DNA of 64,000 nt. Origin: a virus. A program made the position numbers and the translations under genes. This document shows positions 19,501-27,715 of this stretch, in pieces (position 1 is the stretch's first letter; every line of letters begins with the position of its first letter). The stretch lies in the IMG/VR virus record IMGVR_UViG_3300020442_000017, positions 1 through 64,000 of that record; one strand, given 5' to 3'. Below the pieces are notes generated by a model. That model saw only the letters and a list, made by a program, of their open reading frames with translations. It did no database searches and was not told where the DNA came from.

Positions 19501-21335
19501 CAAATTCTAATTACCAGTTCTTAATCCAAGCAGGGGGCGTCGGATCACGCTCCTCTGGTTCTAATGGTGATGGGCAAGGTGGTGCTGGCGGTAATGGATA
19601 TAGTAATGCAGGTGGTAAGCGTGGTGGTGATGGTGCTACTGATGATGGTGGTGGCGGTGGAGGTGCTTCCGTTGTTCTTTATCAAGGATCAATCATCGCT
19701 GGAGCAGGCGGTGGAGGCGGCGGTGGCGGTCTTCAAAACCATCCAAATTATCCATATAATGGTCGTGATGGAAGAAGTGCTAGTACATTATATTCAACAA
19801 TTTCAGCAGGAAACCTATACACAGGTGGTGGATCCATTGGTGGTAACTACGGTTGCGTAGGCGGCGGTGGTGGTGGTGGAGGCGGTGGCGTCTCTAGCAG
19901 CACTGCTGGTGGTGGTGGATCAGGTGGTGTTGGTGGTGACCCTACTGGACAAGGTGGTGCTGGTGGTCACGGTGGTGGAGAAGGAGGCAGAGCAGGACAA
20001 TCTGCTGCTAACCTTACTCACTTTAACTTTATCAATGCTTCTTCAAGTAATAGTGGTAATGGTTCAGTAACAATTGAGTATACAGAAGACAATAGTGCAT
20101 GGTCACCTGGCGGTGGCGGTGGTGGCGGTGGAGCATATGTTCTTTATAAAATTGAAAAGGATGATATGCCAGGTGCATCTGGTGCTCAGATAACATTTAA
20201 TTCATCTGCTGCTTCTGGTGTTGGTGGTACAAGTAATGGTCAAGTCCCTTATGCAAGAGTTGGATTTGGTGAAGTCACTGGATATGAAGGTGGTCAAGTT
20301 ACCACATCAGTTGGTGATATTATTGTTGATGCAAATGATAGTACAGATATTTTTGCTTCTGGTGCAGGTAATGGTGCAGGTGGTGGATTCAAACTACCAA
20401 CTACACAAGTTCCTGAAGTTGAATTTGTAGGTGGTGGTGGAACAGGTGCTGCTGCTACTGCTGTTGTATCTGGAAATAAAGTTACATCTATCACATTAGA
20501 TAATGGTGGTTCTGGATATGACGCTGCACCAGTTGTTCGTATTAAACATGGTGCTGGTACTCGTGCATTTGCTACTGCTACTGTAGATGAAGCTACTAAA
20601 ATTATTACTTCCGTTGCATTATCTCCCCTATTAACACCTGAAGCATATAATGCTGGATGGGGATATGTTAAACTAAGTGGTAGTGATCTGGTAAGATATA
20701 TTGTTGTAAAAGAAGCAGATTGTACAAATGTAAAACGCTTTAATATTAAAGTAGCACGTGGTAATGGTCTCAATGGTGGTAATAGACCAGAAAATGGTGG
20801 TGATGAGTTAAAAATCTATTATAATACTGATGGAAGTCTTAACTTTACCTCATTCTTAGGTGTTATTGTTCCTATTCCAACAGCAGCAGAAATTAACACT
20901 CAATACGATGGCACTGGTAGTGGTAGTAATCCAACCAATTGGTATTGGTATGGTATTGATTTACCAACTGCTGCACAAAAACCAAATGTTCGGTTTAAAA
21001 TTGTACAAGACAGAAATCCTGCTGGTGCATCAAATGATAATACAGGTGATACTGATCATTATGGTATTTGTGACTTCATCTATGAATATAATGAGACCAC
21101 TGAACTAAAATTTATTGCTGCTGGTGGTAAGATGTCAACCAACGTTGATAGATTGTCATATGAAGTAGAGGGTGCTGCAAATGCATTCTATTCATCAGGT
21201 GCCACTGGTAATGATGCTACGTTTACACTATCATCACAGGTAGCACTTGTACCAGATGCAGCAATTGAACCTGACATCAATGTACCAGTGGTTGAATCAT
21301 ACCATTTATGCAAATATTTAATCAAAGCGTTCTAA
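16572..21335 (+). CDS. Tail-collar domain fibre protein 3, Gly-rich, with inserted alpha/beta-hydrolase domain
   Basis: YPGYLYCDGS..DFPALYSIIGNDYGG ... FKVPDL collar halves about 430 aa apart; GHSQGG nucleophile elbow between them; long poly-Gly tracts; C-terminal KYLIKAF. Confidence 0.85.
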   Translation: MTISPAPSYRNTRQNYYTDKASDNHPLGAIVNTFKAITDVYDNQYTPLTAYTAVSGNANTPTNPEYQYPGYLYCDGSEYEISDFPALYSIIGNDYGGTPRPGINLINGGSGYSSGSGSTIYTQIGLESYTQTHNAPILFTQTEDDTVGGGNQFTWLTDYHNAINAISANAPSTLTSVLYGGHEGFTKQTADGQLLQTAIRSALGNSNAGTTAITAPTPFTITPANNQSATINGTSYPVMGRLYVPTSLGNSLDVVVAFHGTLEENPNGPDIIDAAFTTLQQLTNQNTVNLRDKIIFSVAYPQDHISNTRQFNLGGVGTESSTFLMGDNLPWARAAVKWVQNDLNAYIAAQGGSVTINDVYLFGHSQGGKLVSKINTLDTGITGVVANAPGPIQFDQTCSVAANAAGTTCSKVSAIHGPVGTGGTGTTITFDAAPAGGQTIQATLVVDPSGTVIGVNPTNLGSGYTSEPSYTINNAGGGSGLQLEVNLNDDGAIESINQENVFNHWGESRSLGTFKVPDLKTRKVVGYGNVYGAGTPSIGLITLGAGGNNGIVKQGGSWYFDKQSQTGYFSLGSITTTGYSDIKDDVSTRIIGSQKVHVTMEQRRIQRVPDHTHFIYHTAADTTFQFRSAISGDRYLVDYSNANARLLGWTPIGGLHFRHKHGLSKSPIAERETATYDVFDWRGGAEGTGSLKFTGPDYYFASGGSSSGTWETVTETAPSMFRTFVGNPPPGTGSVIGNREIRTGGKEILTYVQDNVYTGNSSISFPPAYKVMEVEIHGGGGSGSDGTQSGNDGNPVNFKVVAGSTLVDITANGGEGGGKSNNYTSGGAAGTVTKAGSNVNKGDFTFDQGVDGTAGQIGPGANGKFPGTQYPNNPGQAGTGGVGLHDSGNYGGGSDGVHTQLGGTPTSGSVNVQAGSQQTVNLSTTSEFSEIKFIIRGGGGADSQQGTSPSFTTYNNVRGGVGSPGTVMTLEWKNPEANSNYQFLIQAGGVGSRSSGSNGDGQGGAGGNGYSNAGGKRGGDGATDDGGGGGGASVVLYQGSIIAGAGGGGGGGGLQNHPNYPYNGRDGRSASTLYSTISAGNLYTGGGSIGGNYGCVGGGGGGGGGGVSSSTAGGGGSGGVGGDPTGQGGAGGHGGGEGGRAGQSAANLTHFNFINASSSNSGNGSVTIEYTEDNSAWSPGGGGGGGGAYVLYKIEKDDMPGASGAQITFNSSAASGVGGTSNGQVPYARVGFGEVTGYEGGQVTTSVGDIIVDANDSTDIFASGAGNGAGGGFKLPTTQVPEVEFVGGGGTGAAATAVVSGNKVTSITLDNGGSGYDAAPVVRIKHGAGTRAFATATVDEATKIITSVALSPLLTPEAYNAGWGYVKLSGSDLVRYIVVKEADCTNVKRFNIKVARGNGLNGGNRPENGGDELKIYYNTDGSLNFTSFLGVIVPIPTAAEINTQYDGTGSGSNPTNWYWYGIDLPTAAQKPNVRFKIVQDRNPAGASNDNTGDTDHYGICDFIYEYNETTELKFIAAGGKMSTNVDRLSYEVEGAANAFYSSGATGNDATFTLSSQVALVPDAAIEPDINVPVVESYHLCKYLIKAF

Positions 21336-21338
21336 ATA
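21332..21338 (+). promoter_or_regulatory. T4-type late promoter-like motif (CTAAATA)
   Basis: Variant of TATAAATA about 20 nt upstream of the ATG at 21360. Confidence 0.5.
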
Positions 21339-21359
21339 CACAAGGAACATATATCTAAC

Positions 21360-22241
21360 ATGGCGACTACAGAACTATTATTGCAAGTAGATGCAATTCA
21401 GAGAACAGTTACATATAAGAATGTAACTAAAAACATCACAGATACATATTGGGCAGATGAGGTTGTTCCTACAATCTATCCTTTATGGGACAGTGATAAG
21501 GATAAACTGGTATTGTTTGCATACTACAATGGTGGCGAATATATGTGCCAGAAACGTAAGTATAGCAAAAATTTCAAAACTGGTGAATTCTTTTGGAATG
21601 ACTATGAGATGACTGAACTTGCTGATGCTGAAGCAACTAAGGTATATGATAAATTTAAAGAAGCATTCTTCATTGCTGATTCATTAGAGGAAGAAGAATA
21701 TCAATCAACTTTCACTAAGATCTATAATAGGACTGCTGGTGTTAGTTGGTTGTCTGTTAGATTAGCACGTAATTTCCTACTAAGTGAAACTGATTATGTT
21801 TTCATTGAAGATTCTCCTATCAGTGCTGATGATAAGGAACTATACAAGAAGTATAGAAAGAAATTAAGAGATGTTCCTAGTGATACTGGAACTACAGATC
21901 CTGTTGGAGTTAAGTTCCCCATCAATCCATCATATTATAAGAATGTTATCTTACAGAAGGATGCCAGTGCAGAATATTTAGAGACTAGTGATCAATTTGT
22001 AACATTAGCATCTGCATACTTTGCTACTTTCAAAGAAAAAATTGCATCTTATTTAATTGTATCTGAATTGACTGAAGGATTATATAATAAAACATTCCTT
22101 TCTGCATTAGAAGCAGAGGGTGTAGTTTATAAGAAAGATGATCCTAATAATGGAGCAATCGCTCCAATCAGTGCTGAGGATAAGAAGACTACTACTGATG
22201 TTTTAGAGCAGTTACTAAAACAAATTGAGGAGGAAGGTTAA
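21360..22241 (+). CDS. Tail-fibre assembly chaperone-like protein
   Basis: RLARNFLLSETDY....DSP......YKKYRKKLRDVP....VKFP matches the phage tail-assembly chaperone motif; follows the fibre genes. Confidence 0.7.
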   Translation: MATTELLLQVDAIQRTVTYKNVTKNITDTYWADEVVPTIYPLWDSDKDKLVLFAYYNGGEYMCQKRKYSKNFKTGEFFWNDYEMTELADAEATKVYDKFKEAFFIADSLEEEEYQSTFTKIYNRTAGVSWLSVRLARNFLLSETDYVFIEDSPISADDKELYKKYRKKLRDVPSDTGTTDPVGVKFPINPSYYKNVILQKDASAEYLETSDQFVTLASAYFATFKEKIASYLIVSELTEGLYNKTFLSALEAEGVVYKKDDPNNGAIAPISAEDKKTTTDVLEQLLKQIEEEG

Positions 22242-22594
22242 TGCAAGTACTTAATATTTGGGATACACTAGAGTGTTATTGTAAGACAAATAATACATGT
22301 GTAATCTATTTTACAAATGAAAAAATCAAGACTGCTGATGATGCTAAGAAAGCAGAAGTATGGACATGGTATGAAGAGTTTACAGAGACTGCCGTATTGG
22401 ATGCAATGAAAACACTTGGTGAATGGGATATGATTCCAGTCAGGAATGTTGACCAAGCAATTGCTAATGCTATTGCATGGTTCCCTAGTAAAGAAGATTG
22501 TCCAGATGAGTATCACCACTGGGTCTGTTATATTATGGGTACAGATGGTGATTTTGAGTGGAAAAATATGGACAGCGTACCATCCAATTCTTAA
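22241..22594 (+). CDS. Hypothetical protein (117 aa)
   Basis: TAATG stop/start coupling; GGAGG SD. Confidence 0.75.
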   Translation: MQVLNIWDTLECYCKTNNTCVIYFTNEKIKTADDAKKAEVWTWYEEFTETAVLDAMKTLGEWDMIPVRNVDQAIANAIAWFPSKEDCPDEYHHWVCYIMGTDGDFEWKNMDSVPSNS

Positions 22595-22638
22595 ACTGTC
22601 ACATAGGTAGTTGCATTGGTGCTTGCACTGGTTATAAT
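22581..22638 (+). promoter_or_regulatory. Early promoter cassette E1
   Basis: CATCCAATT-ctta-AACTGTCAC (22581-22602); TTGCAT 22611; TATAAT 22633. Confidence 0.7.
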
Positions 22639-22663
22639 AGCACCGTGTCTACAACATTACTAC

Positions 22664-22795
22664 ATGAAACTATCTCTTAAGAACACAAAGGCAGAATTAT
22701 TTGATGCCGTTCAAAAGAGTGATGATATTCGTCAGGAACGTAATTTCCTCGCATATACACTAGGTGCTGTATGGATCTGGGGGTTACTGTTCTAG
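22664..22795 (+). CDS. Small hypothetical membrane protein (43 aa, MKLSLKNTKAEL...WIWGLLF)
   Basis: Read manually; directly downstream of E1; hydrophobic C-terminus. Confidence 0.65.
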   Translation: MKLSLKNTKAELFDAVQKSDDIRQERNFLAYTLGAVWIWGLLF

Positions 22796-22850
22796 GACAG
22801 TTCAAAAAGTGTCACAGGGGTGCTCCAGCACCCCTTTTTTTGTGTATAAT
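22794..22850 (+). promoter_or_regulatory. Early promoter cassette E2 with terminator-like hairpin
   Basis: AGGACAGTT-caaa-AAGTGTCAC (22794-22815); AGGGGTGC/GCACCCCT hairpin + T-run; TATAAT 22845. Confidence 0.8.
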
Positions 22851-22873
22851 AGTAATGTATTCAACAAATCACC

Positions 22874-23119
22874 ATGATTTACGAACTCCAAGAAGACATT
22901 CTTTATTGCCAAGATGTTCTCGGTTGTGATGCTGAAGAGACTAACGATCTCATCACTGCTGCTGAACGTATTGGTACTCCCTCTGTTGAGTATTTTGCTG
23001 ATGAATTCATCTTCATCGCAGAGGGTTGTGATGATATCATCAAGTATCATACTGATGAGTATCTTAATCTCAATGCATTCAATGAATTGCATGGTATCTA
23101 TTTTGAGGAGGTTGAGTAA
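22874..23119 (+). CDS. Hypothetical acidic early protein
   Basis: First ORF after E2; coupled to the next gene. Confidence 0.7.
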   Translation: MIYELQEDILYCQDVLGCDAEETNDLITAAERIGTPSVEYFADEFIFIAEGCDDIIKYHTDEYLNLNAFNELHGIYFEEVE

Positions 23120-23322
23120 TGGTACACTCTGACTTCTTTGGTATGTCTTTCTGGTTGGATGACAACAATGATTTGATGTACTGTCCTACATTCAAAGGTA
23201 ACAAACCAGATCTTGACAATTCTGGTTACGTCTGCGAATGGGATGATTGGGAAGGGGTTGACTTTAATGAACTCTTTGCTATAGTATCAAAGTTAGTGAC
23301 ACTACAACAACTAGCAGCATGA
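23119..23322 (+). CDS. Hypothetical protein
   Basis: TAATG coupling; GAGGAGG SD. Confidence 0.7.
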   Translation: MVHSDFFGMSFWLDDNNDLMYCPTFKGNKPDLDNSGYVCEWDDWEGVDFNELFAIVSKLVTLQQLAA

Positions 23323-23561
23323 AAACTGTTACCATCCATGAACGTTTCCCGTATCGCTACGTACAATGTGGTACAATAGAACTGAACGGTATGCCTGACT
23401 ATCGTATTCAAAAGTATGATGAATGGACTAAGAGGTATAAAGACATGTATCTCTTAGATAATTCAGTTCAATTAGATTATGCTATGGAGGACTTTGAATA
23501 CACTAAATGGTTAGATCCTGCTCGTGTTCCCTGTTACATCAAAGATCGTGTTTTCAACTAA
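23319..23561 (+). CDS. Hypothetical protein
   Basis: ATGA overlap with the upstream stop. Confidence 0.7.
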   Translation: MKTVTIHERFPYRYVQCGTIELNGMPDYRIQKYDEWTKRYKDMYLLDNSVQLDYAMEDFEYTKWLDPARVPCYIKDRVFN

Positions 23562-24141
23562 ATTACTGAAACTTGCTGTTGATCGTGCGTTGGGTAAACC
23601 AACAAAAGATCAAGGTGAGATGTTTGAGGAACTGTATTCGCATTACATGAATGATGCGAACAGTTCCACTTTGCGTGAGCATATTACTGCTGCTGTTGCA
23701 GGGTGCAAGACTATTCCAGGAAAATTAGGTAGAGATGCCATTGATATCAATGGTGTTGAAAAAGAGATTAAACCTAAGAATTTTACAGGCAAACGTACTA
23801 ATGGTGGTGGTTGTTTCAACGACTACACTAGAGCACGATTTAATAAAGATTCTGATGTCAATCTACCTATCATATCTTCACTATTTGCTGAAGGTATGCT
23901 AATGTATGTTGTAGAGTTCAAGTTTGAAACTATTGCACATAGATTAGTTGAACAAATCATACGCATATGTGAGGAACAGGGCAACAGATATGTCCGCTCT
24001 TGCTCTTGGACATACGCACAATGGATTGATGATCCTGATCTAATAGTTCACTACATAAACAAGGATCTACTCAAAGAACATGCTCACTATGGTGAGGGTG
24101 TTGTTGTTGGTCCACTATACAAAAAACTCATGAAGTTGTAA
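23524..24141 (+). CDS. Putative PD-(D/E)XK restriction-like endonuclease (start may be GTG 23548)
   Basis: LREH...GRDAIDINGVEKEIK fits the E..(P)D-Xn-EXK core. Confidence 0.5.
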   Translation: MFPVTSKIVFSTKLLKLAVDRALGKPTKDQGEMFEELYSHYMNDANSSTLREHITAAVAGCKTIPGKLGRDAIDINGVEKEIKPKNFTGKRTNGGGCFNDYTRARFNKDSDVNLPIISSLFAEGMLMYVVEFKFETIAHRLVEQIIRICEEQGNRYVRSCSWTYAQWIDDPDLIVHYINKDLLKEHAHYGEGVVVGPLYKKLMKL

Positions 24142-24142
24142 A

Positions 24143-24406
24143 ATGCCAGTTTATAGAGACTATGAGATTAGAATTAATCTCAATGAATTGATTGAGCAGA
24201 GAATTCCTTGTTGTGATCTATTACATCCTGATCACTGCTTGACAGAATCTCAAATTGCAGATATTGCACATGATATTAACATGGATCTAAATTTGCATCC
24301 AATTTATCATCAAATTGATGATCATATCATGCGTTATGTAAATGCTGCACATATTGAAAACTCAGACCACTGGGTTGAAAACAGACTACCAGATCTAGAG
24401 GAATAA
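24143..24406 (+). CDS. Hypothetical protein
   Basis: Tightly packed ORF in the operon. Confidence 0.7.
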   Translation: MPVYRDYEIRINLNELIEQRIPCCDLLHPDHCLTESQIADIAHDINMDLNLHPIYHQIDDHIMRYVNAAHIENSDHWVENRLPDLEE

Positions 24407-24407
24407 C

Positions 24408-24752
24408 ATGTCATCTAAAGACCAAAGAACTGTTGATGATTTTGAATCAACATATGATAAATGGGAACGTGCTAAAGGTCTCTTTATTGAGTCATTGTAC
24501 AAACCTGATCATGAACTTCGTGGTTGTGCTCACAATCAGAAATGTTTCTATGAACTCATGGCAATTCGTGATGAGGTAGTAGAAGTGGCACGTGAAATGG
24601 TAAATCCACATAAAATAGTAAACAGTGGAATTCCAACACTACCAAGCACACAACTACCAGTAGATTCATTTGTTGAATCAAAATCATACGAATATGCTGC
24701 TGATATCACAATGCGTGATATTGTACGATTTCAACGTGGGAATTCTCTATGA
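24408..24752 (+). CDS. Hypothetical protein
   Basis: GAGGA SD; tightly packed. Confidence 0.7.
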   Translation: MSSKDQRTVDDFESTYDKWERAKGLFIESLYKPDHELRGCAHNQKCFYELMAIRDEVVEVAREMVNPHKIVNSGIPTLPSTQLPVDSFVESKSYEYAADITMRDIVRFQRGNSL

Positions 24753-24976
24753 GTCAATTCCCATTTGCAGTGGGTGATCATGTTGTAACCAAAGATAGCG
24801 AAGCAGGTTACATTGCATTCATAGATCACGCATATTTTACATTATGCATACATCAATGGGAAAATCCAGATGCCATGTGGGGATTTAATCAGGTAAAGTT
24901 GGTGGTGTTTAGGGAAGATTGGAAGCATGTCAGAAAAATATATAAAGGAACAGATACTGGAACAACTGAGAAATAA
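24749..24976 (+). CDS. Hypothetical protein (small SH3/KOW-like beta pattern)
   Basis: ATGA overlap; FAVGDHV...GYI.FI pattern. Confidence 0.6.
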   Translation: MSQFPFAVGDHVVTKDSEAGYIAFIDHAYFTLCIHQWENPDAMWGFNQVKLVVFREDWKHVRKIYKGTDTGTTEK

Positions 24977-25169
24977 TGAAGATGACTATTGGTGTCTTCC
25001 TCAGTATGGATTGATTGCTGATTGGTATCTTCGTTATTGGTATCTACATATTGCAGTTATGCAACTTTTGGAGATACAAGATGAATATCAAGGACCATGG
25101 CCCTTGAGAGATGAAGGTTATAAGACTGCTCGTCGTGGTGTTATGCCTGCAAAAGAGTGGTGGAAATAA
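24927..25169 (+). CDS. Hypothetical protein
   Basis: Trp/Tyr-rich ORF overlapping the upstream gene by 50 nt. Confidence 0.55.
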   Translation: MSEKYIKEQILEQLRNNEDDYWCLPQYGLIADWYLRYWYLHIAVMQLLEIQDEYQGPWPLRDEGYKTARRGVMPAKEWWK

Positions 25170-25229
25170 ATTGAATAATGTGTTAGAATACTTAGACTAA
25201 GACCCTTTTTGATTATAGGATTAGAGACA

Positions 25230-25913
25230 ATGAAAATGGCAATGAGTTTTATTGGTTTGTTTGCATCAATGCTTACAGTACCAGTGATGGCAGATCCAAT
25301 TGATAAAGAGAAACATTATTATACAAACCATGCTATGGGTTGTATGTTGCTTAGAGAATGCACAGACCATGTTGTAGAGATCAAAGATATCAATGACATC
25401 CGTAAAGAACTACCTGATAGTTATTATGATGATATTGCTAGTGAGTTTAATTCTCTCGTCCGATCACTTAATAAGGTCAGAGTTAAAGTTTTTCTAGCAG
25501 ATGAGAAGTATTTTCCAGTAGGACATCGTGGTGTGTATCATACTGTAGGTAATAACTTCTTCTTGAATAAGACATTCATGCATCGTCCACATGTACTCAT
25601 GAGTGTTATGCGTCATGAAGGATGGCACGCTGCACAAGACTGTATGGCAGGTACTGTTGAGAATAATTTGATTGCTATTATTCATAATGAAGAGGATGTA
25701 CCTCAGATCTGGCAAGACATTGCTACCAGAACATATCAATTCCAACCATCTGCTATTCCATGGGAGAAAGAAGCAACGTGGGCAGGAAAGACTGAAGGCA
25801 TGACTGCTAGAGCACTAGAAGTATGTGCTTCTGATACTCCTATGTGGGAAGTATATGAACCAACCCCACTAACACGTAAGTATCTCGTAGAAGAGGGATG
25901 GATGAAACCATGA
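25230..25913 (+). CDS. HEXXH zinc-metallopeptidase-like protein with signal-peptide-like N-terminus
   Basis: VMRHEGWHAAQDC plus downstream WEKEA (third ligand Glu); hydrophobic N-terminus ending PVMA-D; ATG 25230 preferred over TTG 25209. Confidence 0.65.
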   Translation: MKMAMSFIGLFASMLTVPVMADPIDKEKHYYTNHAMGCMLLRECTDHVVEIKDINDIRKELPDSYYDDIASEFNSLVRSLNKVRVKVFLADEKYFPVGHRGVYHTVGNNFFLNKTFMHRPHVLMSVMRHEGWHAAQDCMAGTVENNLIAIIHNEEDVPQIWQDIATRTYQFQPSAIPWEKEATWAGKTEGMTARALEVCASDTPMWEVYEPTPLTRKYLVEEGWMKP

Positions 25914-25914
25914 G

Positions 25915-25972
25915 TGGACACTTATCTTAGTGGCACAGAGGGGGTGGCAACACCCCCTTTTTCGTGTATTAT
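25915..25972 (+). promoter_or_regulatory. Early promoter cassette E3 with terminator-like GNRA hairpin
   Basis: TGGACACTT-atct-TAGTGGCAC (25915-25936); AGGGGGTG-GCAA-CACCCCCT-TTTT; TATTAT 25967. Confidence 0.8.
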
Positions 25973-26063
25973 TAAAGAGTGGAAGGCAAGAGTGAGCGAC
26001 CCCAGAGGAAAATGCTCTTTAATTTGAATCTCTTCCACACCCTATTCTTCATTTTTCATTGAA

Positions 26064-26336
26064 ATGCAACTCACCAATCAAGTCTGCATCGTTGATTTCT
26101 TCCCTGAAGCATTCATTGCTGAGGCAGATGAGGAGAGAGGCATGAAAGTTGTTGTCAAGCGATTCATCAAGCGTGTGACTTTCCCCTGTGATTATGGCAA
26201 AGACCAGCAATCATGGTCTGTTGTGACCGCATCAACCTATGCTAATGAGGTTGCTGAGCGTATTGCACACGGTGCTGAGGTAACTGCTTTCAACACTGAA
26301 AAGTGCCCTGACTCTTATACACCTTGTGCTTGTTAA
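26064..26336 (+). CDS. Hypothetical early protein
   Basis: First ORF after E3. Confidence 0.7.
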   Translation: MQLTNQVCIVDFFPEAFIAEADEERGMKVVVKRFIKRVTFPCDYGKDQQSWSVVTASTYANEVAERIAHGAEVTAFNTEKCPDSYTPCAC

Positions 26337-26338
26337 TT

Positions 26339-26467
26339 ATGTCATGTAACACAAATGAAGAGATCATGGAATATCTCTTTGAACAAGTTCAGGAAGAGTA
26401 TCCTGAACTGTCTGTAATAGAACAGGCAACCATCGCATCCCATCGCTTCTGGAATTTAGCACAATGA
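26339..26467 (+). CDS. Small hypothetical protein (42 aa, MSCNTNEEIMEYLFEQ...)
   Basis: Read manually; fills the gap; ATGA coupling to the next ORF. Confidence 0.6.
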   Translation: MSCNTNEEIMEYLFEQVQEEYPELSVIEQATIASHRFWNLAQ

Positions 26468-26628
26468 ATGATTCTCTGACATTTGATGACCTTATTGAAG
26501 GGATGGCATCTGATCCTGTTTTCATCAAACAATGCGAAGAAAACAATCGTAAGTGGGATGAAGAGGCAGCGGCAGAGCTAGAGGTGACAGTTGATGAACT
26601 GCACACTATGCTGGGCATCACTGCCTGA
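26464..26628 (+). CDS. Small acidic hypothetical protein (54 aa, MNDSLTFDDL...)
   Basis: Read manually; ATGA overlap. Confidence 0.6.
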   Translation: MNDSLTFDDLIEGMASDPVFIKQCEENNRKWDEEAAAELEVTVDELHTMLGITA

Positions 26629-26640
26629 CCACGCTATACT
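26584..26640 (+). promoter_or_regulatory. Early promoter cassette E4
   Basis: GTGACAGTT-gatg-AACTGCACA; TATACT 26635. Confidence 0.7.
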
Positions 26641-26666
26641 ATAGACATCAGCAAGGGACACCACCC

Positions 26667-26918
26667 ATGACCGTTCAAGTCGTCAAGCACTCCTTCTACA
26701 AGATTGAGATTGACACACATGAAGCACCACTGCACCCCATCGTGTACTTCCGTAAGGAAGGCAAGTGCAAGACTGCCAAGGGCATGGATCGTCAGCACAA
26801 CCGTATCGTGAACGAGACTGTAGAGGCATGGCGTCCATTCTCTCAGCAGATCCGTCGCTACACCATCTCTCGTGTGCCAGCTGACGTAGTGGTACAAGGG
26901 GACATCCGCAAGGCGTGA
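26667..26918 (+). CDS. Hypothetical basic early protein
   Basis: AAGGGA SD; GC-richer codons. Confidence 0.75.
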   Translation: MTVQVVKHSFYKIEIDTHEAPLHPIVYFRKEGKCKTAKGMDRQHNRIVNETVEAWRPFSQQIRRYTISRVPADVVVQGDIRKA

Positions 26919-26931
26919 TCCTTGCTATACT
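26874..26931 (+). promoter_or_regulatory. Early promoter cassette E5 (inside the upstream CDS)
   Basis: GTGCCAGCT-gacg-TAGTGGTAC (26874-26895); TATACT 26926. Confidence 0.7.
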
Positions 26932-26956
26932 AAGTTCATCAAACAAAGGACACCAC

Positions 26957-27421
26957 ATGACCGTAACCACCTTCGCTGACTTCGCTTCTGCTCAGGAAGC
27001 ACGTGAGGAGAATGCTCAAACCATCCTCAACTACACACAATGCCTCTGTGAGGCACTGGTTCGTAACTACGTTGAGTATAGCATTCGTGGTCTCAAGCGG
27101 TCTGCACTGCTTGCAGGAGACCAGCGTGAGGTCTGCTACTACAACCAGCGTATTGAGGAAGTGCTTCAGGAGACACCTGACGTTGACTTCTATATCAAGT
27201 CTGGTCGTAAGTACCACAAGATCATCCAGAAGGATCTTAAGTGTGGTAGTGGTGCTGAGAGCGTACATGCGTTCGTTGACAAGAAAACTGGTGACGTTTA
27301 CAAAGCAGCATCATGGAATGCACCTGCTAAGATTGTCCGCTTCAACCTTACCAGCGACAAGGATCGTGAATACCTGTTGGAGAAAGCAGATTGGGCAGGT
27401 GGTTACCTCTATGTCCGTTGA
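26957..27421 (+). CDS. Conserved phage early protein (GRKYHKI...SVHAFVD.KTG.VYK.ASW.APAK family)
   Basis: AAAGGA SD before ATG 26957; motif recognised as widespread in phages, function unknown. Confidence 0.75.
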   Translation: MTVTTFADFASAQEAREENAQTILNYTQCLCEALVRNYVEYSIRGLKRSALLAGDQREVCYYNQRIEEVLQETPDVDFYIKSGRKYHKIIQKDLKCGSGAESVHAFVDKKTGDVYKAASWNAPAKIVRFNLTSDKDREYLLEKADWAGGYLYVR

Positions 27422-27446
27422 CATCTGCGGAGTAATATGCTAAATT
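27418..27446 (+). promoter_or_regulatory. sigma70-type promoter
   Basis: TTGACA-17 nt-TAAATT with extended TG. Confidence 0.6.
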
Positions 27447-27484
27447 ATTGTACGTTACCAATTGTTCCGCACGGAGTGTCAACT

Positions 27485-27715
27485 ATGAGACAAACAAGTT
27501 ATCTTGTGCATGATGGTCATGCATACTATTTTGATCAACAGGGTTATCCTATGATTGCACCTCTTGATGAAGACGGTACTGTTTCATGGTTAGATGAGTG
27601 GTCTTTCTATTGGGAAGACCACACAGAAGAAGAAGGAGAATATCATGCCCATTTGTTCAATCAACTTCTAAACATCTCTAAACTGTCTCATGAAAAACTT
27701 ACCTGCTCTTACTAA
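27485..27715 (+). CDS. Hypothetical protein
   Basis: GGAG SD before ATG 27485. Confidence 0.65.
   Translation: MRQTSYLVHDGHAYYFDQQGYPMIAPLDEDGTVSWLDEWSFYWEDHTEEEGEYHAHLFNQLLNISKLSHEKLTCSY

Noticed and set aside
19500-20140. GGT/GGC-rich low-complexity tract as a DNA repeat element or collagen
   Set aside because: Encodes in-frame poly-Gly linkers without Gly-X-Y periodicity; common in phage fibres.
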